This document shows positions 9,984 through 19,729 of a stretch of 64,000 bases of DNA, piece after piece. Source of the DNA: Escherichia coli (GTDB lineage Bacteria > Pseudomonadota > Gammaproteobacteria > Enterobacterales > Enterobacteriaceae); NCBI RefSeq assembly GCF_022846255.1, contig NZ_AP025682.1; one strand, 5' to 3'. The position numbers and the translations under genes are program-made. Position 1 is the stretch's first letter. The number at the start of each line of letters is the position of its first letter. A model generated the notes under the pieces. That model had not been told where the DNA came from. It was given only the letters and a program-made list of their open reading frames with translations, and ran no database searches.

Positions 9984-12900
9984 TTACTCGGTTACCGCTT
10001 GTTTAGGTTTACGCGAAAAACGCAGCCGCAGACGGTCGAAAAAGAGATACACCACCGGCGTGGTATACAGCGTCAGAAGCTGGCTCATGACCAGACCGCC
10101 GACAATGGTGATCCCCAATGGTTGGCGCAACTCCGAGCCGTCACCGCCCGACAATACCAGCGGTAGCGCACCAAACAGCGCCGCCAGGGTAGTCATCATA
10201 ATCGGGCGAAAACGCAGCAGACAGGCCTGGAAAATAGCTTCCTGCGGCGTCAGGTTACCGTGCCGTTGGGCTTCAAGCGCAAAATCGACCATCATAATGG
10301 CGTTTTTCTTCACGATGCCGATTAATAACATGATCCCTATCAGCGCAATTAGGCTGAACGGGGCATTGAACAGCTCCAGCGCCAACAGCGCTCCGACGCC
10401 CGCCGAGGGTAGGGTGGAGAGAATCGTCAGTGGATGCACATAACTCTCGTAAAGGATACCCAGTACGATATATACCGTGGCGATGGCGGCGATAATCAGG
10501 ATCACCTGTGAGTTCATCGTCTCCTGGAACACTTGCGCTGTTCCGGCAAAACTGCCGCGCACCGTCGAAGGCACACCAAGCTGGGTCATTGCGCGATCGA
10601 TCGCCGCACTGGCGTCCGAGAGCGATTTCCCGGTCGGCAGGTTGAACGAAATGGTCGAGGCCGCCGATAATCCCTGATGATTCACCGACAGTGGAGCGTT
10701 CGCCGGTTGCCATTTAGCGAAATACGACAGCGGGATCGCTTTTCCTTCGTTATTGATAACGAACATTTTTTCCAGTGCACTGATGTCCTGGGTATAGCGC
10801 GGATCCACTTCCATCACCACTTTGTACTGGTTCATCGGCTGGTAAATGGTCGAGATTTGCCGCTGACCGAAGGCGTTATTTAACAGGCTGTTGGCGGCTT
10901 GCACGTCAATTCCCAATCGCGCCATAGTGTCGCGATCGTAAATAAGGTTCATCTCCGCGCCATTATCTTCCTGATCGGAGTTAACATCAGCCAGCTCTGG
11001 CAATGTCGCCAGTTTTTTGCGGATTTTCGGCTCCCATTCGCGCAGTGCCGCCAGGTCGTCGGATAACAACGTGTACTGGTAACTGGCGTTAGCCTGACGT
11101 CCGCCAACGCGAATATCCTGTACCGCCATCAGGAACAGATTCGCTCCCGGTTCTTTCGCCAGTTTTTTACGCAAGCGATCGATAATCTGTTGGGCCGTTT
11201 CGCTCCGCTCGCCGCGTGGTTTAAGGGTGATAAACATCATTCCACTGTTCACCCGTGAACCGCCGGTAAAGCCGGTGACATTATCCACCGCCGGATCGTC
11301 ACGGATAATTTTCATGAAGTCCTGCAACTTACCGCGCATCGCCTGAAACGAAATACTCTGGTCAGCCTGTATCCCGCCCATCAGTACGCCGGTATCCTGC
11401 TCCGGGAAGAAGGTTTTCGGGATCGAGATATACAGCCAGATATTCAGCGCAATGGTGCCAAGCAGCACCACGCCCACCAGACGGGTATGATTGAGCACCC
11501 ATTTCAGCGACTTGCCATAGCCTTGTTGCAGGGCTACCAACATGCGACCAAAGCCACGCAGTCGCTTTTGCTCGCGCGGCTTGCTGGCTTTTAGCATCCA
11601 GCCGCACATCATCGGCGTTAACGTCAGGGAAACCAGCAGCGAAATACCAATGGCGACAGAAAGCGTCACGGCAAACTCGCGTAACAGGCGACCCGGCAAT
11701 CCGCCCATCAACAGCAGCGGCAGGAACACCGCCACCAGTGACAGACTCATCGACAGCACTGTAAAGCCGACTTCACGAGTACCTTGCAGCGCGGCCTGTA
11801 GCGGTTTCATCCCCGCCTCCAGATGACGGGCAATGTTTTCCAGCACCACGATGGCGTCATCCACCACAAAGCCAGTGGCGATGGTGAGCGCCATTAACGA
11901 AAGATTATTGAGACTGAAACCACACAGGTACATCGCCGCAAACGTACCAATCAGCGAAACCGGCACCGCAACGGCGGGAATAATGGTGGCGCGACCCGAA
12001 CGCAGGAACAAAAACACCACCAGAATCACCAGTGCAACTGAGATTACCAGCGTCTGCTCAACCTCTTCCAGCGACGCGCGGATAGTAGGGGAGCGATCCT
12101 GGGCAATTTGCAGATCAATTGCTGCCGGGATGGTGGATTGTAATTCCGGCAGACGGGCGCGGATGCTGTCTACCGTCTGGATAATATTGGCTTCCGGCAG
12201 CTTGCGGATCATCAGCAAAATAGCCGGTTTGGCGTTGGTCATCCCGGCGTTACGTACATCTTGTACAGAGTCGGTCACCGTCGCCACATCGCCCAGACGA
12301 ACCGCGCCGCCGTTGTTGTAATGAATAATCAGCGGCTGATATTCAGCGGCGGTTTTCAGTTCATCGTTAGTCTGGATCTGCCAGCGGTGAGTACCATCTT
12401 CCAGCGCCCCCTGCGGTTTACGCACGTTGGCATTGCTGATGGCGGTGCGTACGTCGTCCAGCGAGACGCCCTGATTAAACAGCGCCTGCGGATTCAGCCC
12501 GACGCGTACGGCGGGCAGCGAGCTGCCGCCAACATCGACATCACCGACACCGTCGATTTGCGAAATCGTCGGAGCCAGCTGTGTCGAGGCGAAATCGTAC
12601 AGTTCACCCTGCGAATAAGTATCGGATGTCAGCGTGAGGATCATAATTGGCGCATCCGACGGGTTCGCTTTGCGATAGGTCGGACGGCTGGGCATCCCGC
12701 TGGGTAGCAGACTTTGCGCGGCGTTGATCGCCGCCTGCACATCGCGCGCTGCGCCGTTGATATCCCGGTCAAAATCAAACTGCAAAATAATGCGCGTGCT
12801 GCCGAGCGAACTGCTGGAGGTCATTTCGCTGACTCCGGCAATGCGCCCAAGTGAGCGCTCCAGCGGCGTGGCAACGGAAGACGCCATTGTTTCTGGTGAC

Positions 12901-13061
12901 GCACCGGGCAGCGAGGCGCTGACCATGATCACCGGAAAATCGACCTGCGGCAGCGGGGCGACTGGCAGCATACGGAAACCCAGTATGCCGCACAGGGTAA
13001 TGGCGACCGACAGTAAAATCGTCGCCACCGGGCGGTAAATGAAGAGGGCAAAAAACTTCAC
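9984..13061 (-). CDS. mdtC: RND multidrug efflux pump subunit MdtC
   Basis: 1025 aa AcrB-like RND transporter ([25 protein letters not shown]). Confidence 0.95.
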   Translation of the reverse strand: MKFFALFIYRPVATILLSVAITLCGILGFRMLPVAPLPQVDFPVIMVSASLPGASPETMASSVATPLERSLGRIAGVSEMTSSSSLGSTRIILQFDFDRDINGAARDVQAAINAAQSLLPSGMPSRPTYRKANPSDAPIMILTLTSDTYSQGELYDFASTQLAPTISQIDGVGDVDVGGSSLPAVRVGLNPQALFNQGVSLDDVRTAISNANVRKPQGALEDGTHRWQIQTNDELKTAAEYQPLIIHYNNGGAVRLGDVATVTDSVQDVRNAGMTNAKPAILLMIRKLPEANIIQTVDSIRARLPELQSTIPAAIDLQIAQDRSPTIRASLEEVEQTLVISVALVILVVFLFLRSGRATIIPAVAVPVSLIGTFAAMYLCGFSLNNLSLMALTIATGFVVDDAIVVLENIARHLEAGMKPLQAALQGTREVGFTVLSMSLSLVAVFLPLLLMGGLPGRLLREFAVTLSVAIGISLLVSLTLTPMMCGWMLKASKPREQKRLRGFGRMLVALQQGYGKSLKWVLNHTRLVGVVLLGTIALNIWLYISIPKTFFPEQDTGVLMGGIQADQSISFQAMRGKLQDFMKIIRDDPAVDNVTGFTGGSRVNSGMMFITLKPRGERSETAQQIIDRLRKKLAKEPGANLFLMAVQDIRVGGRQANASYQYTLLSDDLAALREWEPKIRKKLATLPELADVNSDQEDNGAEMNLIYDRDTMARLGIDVQAANSLLNNAFGQRQISTIYQPMNQYKVVMEVDPRYTQDISALEKMFVINNEGKAIPLSYFAKWQPANAPLSVNHQGLSAASTISFNLPTGKSLSDASAAIDRAMTQLGVPSTVRGSFAGTAQVFQETMNSQVILIIAAIATVYIVLGILYESYVHPLTILSTLPSAGVGALLALELFNAPFSLIALIGIMLLIGIVKKNAIMMVDFALEAQRHGNLTPQEAIFQACLLRFRPIMMTTLAALFGALPLVLSGGDGSELRQPLGITIVGGLVMSQLLTLYTTPVVYLFFDRLRLRFSRKPKQAVTE

Positions 13062-16000
13062 TTACGCCTCCTCTTCATGACGGGCAAAGCGGCTTTTGGT
13101 CCACAATGCCAGACGGTCGAACAGCAGATAAATCACCGGCGTGGTAAACAGCGTCAGCACCTGGCTGACAATCAGACCGCCGACCATGCCGATACCTAAC
13201 GGACGACGCAGTTCCGCGCCGACCCCGGTACTCAACATCAGCGGCAGCGCACCAAGCAGAGCCGCCAGAGTGGTCATCAGGATCGGACGAAAACGCAACA
13301 GACAAGCCTGGTAAATAGCTTCGCGCGGCGACATGCCTTGCTCGCGCTCAGCAGCCAGCGCGAAGTCGATCATCATGATGGCGTTCTTCTTCACGATACC
13401 GATCAGCAAAATAATGCCGATAATGGCAATCACATCCAGTTCGCTACCGGCAATCATTAACGCCAGCAGCGCGCCGACCCCTGCGGTGGGTAGCGTCGAG
13501 AGAATGGTGATCGGGTGAATAAAGCTCTCGTACAGAATGCCGAGCACGATATACATCGCCACCACCGCCGCGACAATCAGCCAGACAGTGCTGCCCAGCG
13601 CTGACTGGAAGGCGAGGGTGCTGCCCTGGAACTGCGTGGTGATATCCACCGGCAGATTCAGCGTCTTCTCTGTGTCCATAATCGCTTGCACCGCATCGCC
13701 CAGCGAATAGTTATCCGGCACGTTAAAGGAGATAGTCGTTACCGGGAACTGATCCAGATGGTTGATGGAAAGCGGCGCAAAACGCTGCTCAATTTTGGCA
13801 ATTGAGCTTAACGGCACCACGCCACCGTCGCTGCTGGTCAGGCGAATGGTATCCAGCGCCGCGAGGCCTGGGGTATTTTCGGTGTTGTGTTCCAGTACCA
13901 CGCGATACTGGTTAGCCTGAGTATAAATAGTGGAAATCAGTCGCTGACCAAACGCGTTGTACAGGGCGTTATCGACATCCGCCATGCTGATCCCTAGGCG
14001 GCTGGCGCTGTCCCTGTCGACATTGACATACGCCACCAGCCCTTTGTCCTGCCAGTCGCTGGAGACATCAGAAAGCTGTGGCAGCTGCTGGAGTTTTTCC
14101 ATCAACTGTGGCACCCAGGTACTGAGCGCATCCAGTGACGTGGCCTGCAAGGTAAACTGGTACTGGGTGCGGCTGACCTGAGTATCAATAGTCAGGTCCT
14201 GCGTTGGTTGCAGGAAGAGATCGACGCCCGGCACTTTATCTACCGCCGTTTGCAGACGGGCGATGACTTTTTGCACCCGGTCATCTCGTTCATCCAGTGG
14301 TTTGAGATTGATCTGTAAACGCGCACTGTTCAGCGACGGGTTAGTGCCATCAACGCCAACAAATGAGGTCAAACTTTGCACTGCCGGATCCTGCAAAATC
14401 ACGTCCGCGACCTGGCGTTGCCGCTGGGCCATATTCGCAAAGGAGCTGGATTGCGGTGCCTGCAAAGTGCCCTGAATAATGCCGTTGTCCTGCACCGGGA
14501 AGAAACCTTTCGGAATGAACACCCACAGCAGCACGCTAAGCAGCAGCGTGCTGAGCGCCACGCTTAAGGTCAGCCACGGATGATTCAGCACTTTCGCCAG
14601 CCCACGACCATAGGCGGCGATTATCCTGTCGAACATTTTCTCCGAGGCACGGGAGAAGCGGTTCTGTTTACGCAGCGACTCCTGGCTGAGCATCCGCGCG
14701 CACATCATCGGTGTCAGGGTCAGCGACACCACCGCCGAGATCAAAATCGCGACTGCCAGGGTAATAGCAAATTCGCGGAACAGTCGCCCGACGATATCGC
14801 CCATAAACAGCAGGGGGATCAACACCGCAATCAGCGAGAAGGTCAGCGAGATAATGGTAAAGCCGATTTCACCCGCGCCTTTGAGCGCCGCCGCCAACGG
14901 TTTTTCGCCTTTTTCGATATAGCGGGAAATATTTTCGATCACCACGATGGCGTCATCGACCACGAATCCGGTGGCGATAGTTAACGCCATCAGCGTCAGG
15001 TTATTGATTGAAAAATCGAGAAACACCATGACCGCAAAGGTGCCAATTAACGACAGCGGTACAGCAACACCGGGAATGATGGTCGCCGGAATATTGCGCA
15101 AAAACAGGTAGATAATCATGACTACCAGCGCGATAGCCATCATCAGCTCAAACTGGGTATCGTCGACCGATGCGCGGATATTGGTGGTACGGTCAGAAAG
15201 TACCGTCACCTTCACCGATTTCGGCAGACTCTCGGTGAGCTGTGGTAGCATCTGCCGGATGCTGTCGGCGGTGGAGATAATGTTAGCACCGGGCTGGCGC
15301 TGGACATTCATCACAATGGCCTGTTCTTTGTTCGCCCATGCGCCGAGCCAGCTGTTTTCTGCTCCTTGCTCTACAGTAGCGACATCGCCCAGACGAATTG
15401 GTGCGCCGTTCTGGTAGGCGATGATTAGCTGGCGATACTCTTCGGCGGATTGCATCTGGTCGTTAGCGGAAAGCGTGACCGCGCGGGAAGGGCCGTCGAG
15501 GCTACCTTTTGCCGAGTTAACGTTAGCGCCGGTAATAGCGGTGCGTACGGTTTCGCTGGTCAGGCCGAGGGCGGCAATCGCCTGAGCGTTAAGTTTGACG
15601 CGAACAGCCGGACGCTGGCCGCCGGAAAGTGTGACCAGCCCTACGCCGGAAATCTGCGAGATTTTCTGCGCGACGCGGGTTTCCACCATATCTTCCACCT
15701 GGGTCATCGGCATGGCGGTTGAGGTGACGGCGAGCGTCATGATCGGTGGATCTGCCGGGTTCACTTTGCTGTAAACCGGCGGGTTAGGCAGATCGCTCGG
15801 TAGCAGGTTAGTGGCAGCGTTAATCGCGGCCTGCACTTCCTGCTCGGCGACATCCAGCGGCAATGTTAGCTGGAACTGTAAAGTGATAACTGACGCACCG
15901 CCGGAACTTTGCGACGACATCTGTTTCAGGCCAGACATCTGCCCGAACTGGCGTTCGAGCGGCGCGGTAACGGCAGAGGTCATGACATCCGGGCTTGCAC

Positions 16001-16184
16001 CTGGATAAAGCGTGACCACCTGAATGGTTGGATAGTCCACTTCCGGCAGCGCCGAAACGGGCAGGGCGCGATAACCGATAATCCCGGCGAGTAAGATCGC
16101 CACCATCAGCAGCGTGGTGGCGACAGGACGCATAATAAACAGGCGCGACGGGCCGCCTGTGCTGCTCGGGGGTAACACCTGCAT
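13062..16184 (-). CDS. mdtB: RND multidrug efflux pump subunit MdtB
   Basis: 1040 aa AcrB-like RND transporter, paralogous to the adjacent MdtC. Confidence 0.95.
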   Translation of the reverse strand: MQVLPPSSTGGPSRLFIMRPVATTLLMVAILLAGIIGYRALPVSALPEVDYPTIQVVTLYPGASPDVMTSAVTAPLERQFGQMSGLKQMSSQSSGGASVITLQFQLTLPLDVAEQEVQAAINAATNLLPSDLPNPPVYSKVNPADPPIMTLAVTSTAMPMTQVEDMVETRVAQKISQISGVGLVTLSGGQRPAVRVKLNAQAIAALGLTSETVRTAITGANVNSAKGSLDGPSRAVTLSANDQMQSAEEYRQLIIAYQNGAPIRLGDVATVEQGAENSWLGAWANKEQAIVMNVQRQPGANIISTADSIRQMLPQLTESLPKSVKVTVLSDRTTNIRASVDDTQFELMMAIALVVMIIYLFLRNIPATIIPGVAVPLSLIGTFAVMVFLDFSINNLTLMALTIATGFVVDDAIVVIENISRYIEKGEKPLAAALKGAGEIGFTIISLTFSLIAVLIPLLFMGDIVGRLFREFAITLAVAILISAVVSLTLTPMMCARMLSQESLRKQNRFSRASEKMFDRIIAAYGRGLAKVLNHPWLTLSVALSTLLLSVLLWVFIPKGFFPVQDNGIIQGTLQAPQSSSFANMAQRQRQVADVILQDPAVQSLTSFVGVDGTNPSLNSARLQINLKPLDERDDRVQKVIARLQTAVDKVPGVDLFLQPTQDLTIDTQVSRTQYQFTLQATSLDALSTWVPQLMEKLQQLPQLSDVSSDWQDKGLVAYVNVDRDSASRLGISMADVDNALYNAFGQRLISTIYTQANQYRVVLEHNTENTPGLAALDTIRLTSSDGGVVPLSSIAKIEQRFAPLSINHLDQFPVTTISFNVPDNYSLGDAVQAIMDTEKTLNLPVDITTQFQGSTLAFQSALGSTVWLIVAAVVAMYIVLGILYESFIHPITILSTLPTAGVGALLALMIAGSELDVIAIIGIILLIGIVKKNAIMMIDFALAAEREQGMSPREAIYQACLLRFRPILMTTLAALLGALPLMLSTGVGAELRRPLGIGMVGGLIVSQVLTLFTTPVIYLLFDRLALWTKSRFARHEEEA

Positions 16185-17431
16185 CAGGAGCGCGCTCCTT
16201 TTTTCGCGTATTCGCGGCTGGTGGCTTTATCTTCCGGGGTAGTGGCGCTCTGGGCTTCCACGACTTCCACTTTCGCCCCTTCGGTCAGGCGATCAATGCC
16301 GTCCGTCACTACGCGGTCGCCCGCAGAAATACCTGCACGGATCACCACTTTCTGACTGTCCTGAATGCCCGGTGTCACCAGATGTTTGCTGACTTTGTTT
16401 TCGCTATTCAGTACCCAGACAAAATGGCCTTCGTTGCCCATTTGCAGTGCGGCGGTGGGGATCACCACGGCGTTTTGTTCGGTATCGACTAACATGCGAG
16501 CGTTAACAAACTGATTAGGGAAAAGCGCATCATCCTGATTATTAAAGCGAGCTTTCACTTTAATCGTACCGGTAGTGGCATCGATTTGGTTATCGAGACT
16601 TAACAGCGTGCCTTCACTTAACTTCTTCGAGTTGGTGCGATCCCAGGCTTCTACCACCAGCGGTTTTCCGGCTTTTTGCGCCTGTACAACGGTGGCGATA
16701 TCGCTTTCCGGCAGAGTAAAGACCAGATCGATAGGATGCGTCTGGGTGATCACCACAATCCCGGTGGTGTCGCCACTGGAGATTTGGTTACCAACATCAA
16801 CCTGCTTGAGACCAACGCGACCATCAACTGGTGCGGTGATACGGCTCCAGTCGAGTTGCAGCTGTGCGCTGGCGACGCTTGCTTCATCAGCCTTAATGGT
16901 ACCTTCGGTTTCACTGACCAGCGCTTGTTGGGCATCCAGTTCCTGACGAGATACGAGATTGGTTTTTGCCAGTTGTTGATAACGCGCCAGGTCACGGCGG
17001 GCGTTGGCGAGCGTGGCTTTATCTTTTGCCAGTTGGCCCTGGGCTTGTGCTAATGCAACTTTGAACTGGCTTGGGTCAATTTCTGCCAGTAAATCGCCTG
17101 CTTTGACCTGCTGGCCTTCCTGGAAATGTAACGCCATCAGTTGACCGTCCACGCGGCTGCGCACCGTAACAGTATTAGCGGCGGTAATGGTGCCAAGCCC
17201 GGTGAGGTAACGCGGAACAGCCTGTTCTACTGCGGTCGCCGCCTGAACCGGAGCTAATGGGCCGGCACGCATACCACGGCGACCACCCGCTGGCGATTGC
17301 TGCGCTTGTTTCGTCGCCCCAGGGGCTGCACTCTGGGAGTCATTGCGGCCTTGCCAGAACCAGAATGCGGCGATGGCGGCGATAACCACCACGATTACGA
17401 TTACCCAACGGGATTTATAACTGCCTTTCAT
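16184..17431 (-). CDS. mdtA: RND efflux membrane fusion (periplasmic adaptor) protein MdtA
   Basis: 415 aa from ATG at 17431 ([16 protein letters not shown]...). The supplied ORF start at 17578 adds 49 residues upstream that I reject. Confidence 0.9.
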   Translation of the reverse strand: MKGSYKSRWVIVIVVVIAAIAAFWFWQGRNDSQSAAPGATKQAQQSPAGGRRGMRAGPLAPVQAATAVEQAVPRYLTGLGTITAANTVTVRSRVDGQLMALHFQEGQQVKAGDLLAEIDPSQFKVALAQAQGQLAKDKATLANARRDLARYQQLAKTNLVSRQELDAQQALVSETEGTIKADEASVASAQLQLDWSRITAPVDGRVGLKQVDVGNQISSGDTTGIVVITQTHPIDLVFTLPESDIATVVQAQKAGKPLVVEAWDRTNSKKLSEGTLLSLDNQIDATTGTIKVKARFNNQDDALFPNQFVNARMLVDTEQNAVVIPTAALQMGNEGHFVWVLNSENKVSKHLVTPGIQDSQKVVIRAGISAGDRVVTDGIDRLTEGAKVEVVEAQSATTPEDKATSREYAKKGARS

Positions 17432-17484
17432 CGTTAAGAGTTTCTCTTCCTGAAACGTTTCGCGGAATGATACTAGTGTAGCCA

Positions 17485-17502
17485 GCCAATAAGGGAGAAA
17501 AA
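17485..17502 (-). promoter_or_regulatory. putative BaeR box upstream of mdtA (TTTTTCTCCCTTATTGGC on minus strand)
   Basis: Close match to the recalled BaeR consensus TTTTTCTCCATDATTGGC, about 55-70 bp upstream of the mdtA start. Confidence 0.45.
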
Positions 17503-17669
17503 TGGAGGAATTATGAAACACTGTCGGGAATCGTCTGAATGACGGGCACATTTGCGAGCACGCATCCAGTAATAACACATGAAACTATTTTATCTACGCG
17601 TTAGCGATAGACTGCTTGCATGGCGAAAGGAGATAAGCCGACGATTTCAGCGGGACGCTGAAACGGAAA

Positions 17670-17815
17670 AGCCCCTCCCGAGGAAGGGGCCTTAAATAAG
17701 GAAAGGGTCATGATGAAGTGGATCATCATCGTGGTGCTCTTAGTGATTAGCTACCCAGCATACTAAGACTACCAGGGCGGGGGAAACCCCGCTCTACCCT
17801 CACTCCTGAAAGTAT
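17670..17815 (-). ncRNA. sibA: SibA-like antisense sRNA (type I antitoxin); ends approximate
   Basis: The minus strand carries an intrinsic terminator (aaggcccc-ttcctcggga-ggggctt + TTTTCCGTTT) at about 17675-17704, antisense to and fully overlapping the ibs ORF. The 5' end is not determinable from sequence. Confidence 0.5.
17710..17766 (+). CDS. ibsA: Ibs-family hydrophobic toxic peptide, 18 aa (MMKWIIIVVLLVISYPAY)
   Basis: Translated directly from the sequence; RBS aaggaaagg upstream; characteristic Ibs peptide. Confidence 0.7.
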   Translation: MMKWIIIVVLLVISYPAY

Positions 17816-17994
17816 GCCTTCACGGTCCAATTGTCAATCCGCAGACTTTGCAGTCTGCGATCCTGCCAGCAAATATTCTTTGCGAGTCGTTACGCAATAA
17901 TCACACTTGAAACTATTTTATCCGCAAGTCAGCGATAGACTGCATACAGGGCGAAAGGAGGTAAGCCGAAGATTTCAGCGGGACGCTGAAACGG

Positions 17995-18140
17995 GAAAGC
18001 CCCTCCCGAGGAAGGGGCCTTAAATAAGGAAAGGGTCATGATGAAGCTACTCATCATCGTGGTGCTCTTAGTCATTAGCTGGCCAGCTTACTAAGACTAC
18101 CAGGGCGGGGGAAACCCCGCTCTACCCTCACTCCTGAAAT
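17995..18140 (-). ncRNA. sibB: SibB-like antisense sRNA (type I antitoxin); ends approximate
   Basis: Second copy of the same terminator hairpin on the minus strand at about 17997-18022, antisense to the second ibs ORF. Confidence 0.5.
18038..18094 (+). CDS. ibsB: Ibs-family hydrophobic toxic peptide, 18 aa (MMKLLIIVVLLVISWPAY)
   Basis: Translated directly from the sequence; second repeat unit. Confidence 0.7.
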   Translation: MMKLLIIVVLLVISWPAY

Positions 18141-18311
18141 TATGTCACTCCGCCCTTAGTGTCAATCGACGGCTCTCCGTTCTTGCGAGGCGAATAGCAA
18201 AATTTTCTGCGCCGCCGGGCCTAATTCTGAAAGTTTCTTCGTTTGCTCTTATTTCATTATTGCAATCGGTATGATACCGGACCTCAATAATTCTCTAAGA
18301 AAGGATTTCTT

Positions 18312-18971
18312 ATGAGCGAACAAATCACGTTTGCCACCAGCGATTTTGCCAGTAACCCGGAACCACGTTGCCCCTGCATTTTGCTGCTGGATGTTTCTGG
18401 CTCGATGAGCGGCAGACCCATTAATGAACTTAACGCCGGATTGGTTACCTTTCGCGATGAGCTGCTTGCCGACCCGCTGGCCTTAAAAAGAGTGGAACTC
18501 GGTATTGTGACGTTCGGCCCAGTGCATGTGGAACAACCCTTTACCAGCGCCGCTAATTTTTTCCCGCCCATCCTGTTTGCCCATGGGGATACACCAATGG
18601 GCGCCGCCATTACCAAAGCCCTGAATATGGTTGAGGAGCGCAAACGTGAGTATCGCGCCAATGGTATTTCCTATTATCGTCCGTGGATTTTCCTGATTAC
18701 CGATGGCGCACCAACCGATGAGTGGCAGGCTGCTGCCAACAAGGTGTTTCAGGGGGAAGAAGATAAGAAGTTTGCCTTCTTTTCCATCGGTGTTCAGGGG
18801 GCGGATATGAAGACGCTGGCCCAAATCAGCGTTCGTCAGCCTTTGCCATTGCAGGGATTACAATTCCGTGAACTGTTTAGCTGGTTATCCAGTTCGCTGC
18901 GTTCGGTTTCCCGCTCCACGCCGGGAACGGAAGTTGTGCTGGAAGCGCCAAAAGGCTGGACGTCAGTGTGA
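18312..18971 (+). CDS. yegL: von Willebrand factor A (TerY-like) domain protein YegL
   Basis: 219 aa; MIDAS motif DVSGSMSG in a VWA fold; first gene of a three-gene operon. Confidence 0.9.
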   Translation: MSEQITFATSDFASNPEPRCPCILLLDVSGSMSGRPINELNAGLVTFRDELLADPLALKRVELGIVTFGPVHVEQPFTSAANFFPPILFAHGDTPMGAAITKALNMVEERKREYRANGISYYRPWIFLITDGAPTDEWQAAANKVFQGEEDKKFAFFSIGVQGADMKTLAQISVRQPLPLQGLQFRELFSWLSSSLRSVSRSTPGTEVVLEAPKGWTSV

Positions 18972-19729
18972 GCTGGCGTCTGGTCTATGCATCAACCGTT
19001 GGAACGTCGCACATCAGCGCGGACTTGCCTTGCCAGGATGCCTGCCAGATGCAGGTTGCCTGGTTAAATGACCAGCAGCCATTATTGTCGGTATTTGTCG
19101 CTGATGGCGCAGGCAGTGTCTCGCAGGGTGGCGAAGGTGCGATGCTCGCCGTCAATGAAGCGATGGCTTATATGTCGCAAAAAGTGCAGGGCGGGGAATT
19201 GGGGCTTAATGATGTCCTCGCAACGGACATTGTGCTGACCATTCGTCAGCGACTTTTTGCCGAGGCGGAAGCCAAAGAATTAGCGGTTCGCGATTTTGCC
19301 TGCACGTTTTTGGGATTGATTTCATCAGCTAATGGCACCTTGATTATGCAGATTGGCGATGGCGGCGTGGTGGTAGATTTGGGTCACGGTTTGCAACTGC
19401 CGCTCACGCCGATGGTGGGGGAATATGCCAATATGACGCACTTCATTACCGATGACGATGCTGTTTCCAGACTGGAAACTTACACCAGTACTGAGCGTGC
19501 GCATAAAGTTGCAGCATTTACGGATGGTATTCAGCGACTGGCGTTAAATATGCTGGATAATTCTCCGCATGTGCCTTTCTTTACCCCGTTTTTCAATGGA
19601 CTGGCGTCAGCAACGCAGGAACAACTCGATTTATTACCTGAATTGTTAAAGCAGTTTTTGTCCAGCCCGACGGTAAACGAGCGTACCGATGATGATAAAA
19701 CGTTGGCACTGGCGCTGTGGTTACCATGA
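18968..19729 (+). CDS. yegK: PP2C-family Ser/Thr protein phosphatase YegK (PphC)
   Basis: 253 aa; GTG start overlaps the yegL stop (GTGA); PP2C-like motifs (FVADGAGS..., IGDGG). Confidence 0.88.
   Translation: MSWRLVYASTVGTSHISADLPCQDACQMQVAWLNDQQPLLSVFVADGAGSVSQGGEGAMLAVNEAMAYMSQKVQGGELGLNDVLATDIVLTIRQRLFAEAEAKELAVRDFACTFLGLISSANGTLIMQIGDGGVVVDLGHGLQLPLTPMVGEYANMTHFITDDDAVSRLETYTSTERAHKVAAFTDGIQRLALNMLDNSPHVPFFTPFFNGLASATQEQLDLLPELLKQFLSSPTVNERTDDDKTLALALWLP

Larger units (their letters stand above)
17577..18165. repeat. two tandem direct repeats of about 325 bp each (Ibs/Sib 'QUAD-type' units)
   Basis: Near-identical blocks begin at about 17577 and 17900 (gaaactattttatc...gcgatagactgc...aagcccctcccgaggaaggggcctt...atgatgaag...ctaccagggcgggggaaaccccgctctaccctcactcctgaa). 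Confidence 0.85.

Noticed and set aside
17432-17578. N-terminal extension of mdtA in the supplied ORF (464 aa)
   Set aside because: The extension would read through the promoter and BaeR-box region; the internal ATG at 17431 gives the expected 415-aa adaptor beginning with a signal-anchor sequence.
17577-18165. Possible CRISPR array or mobile element suggested by the tandem repeats
   Set aside because: There are only two units of about 325 bp, each encoding an Ibs peptide with an antisense terminator; there is no short repeat-spacer periodicity and no transposase or terminal inverted repeats.
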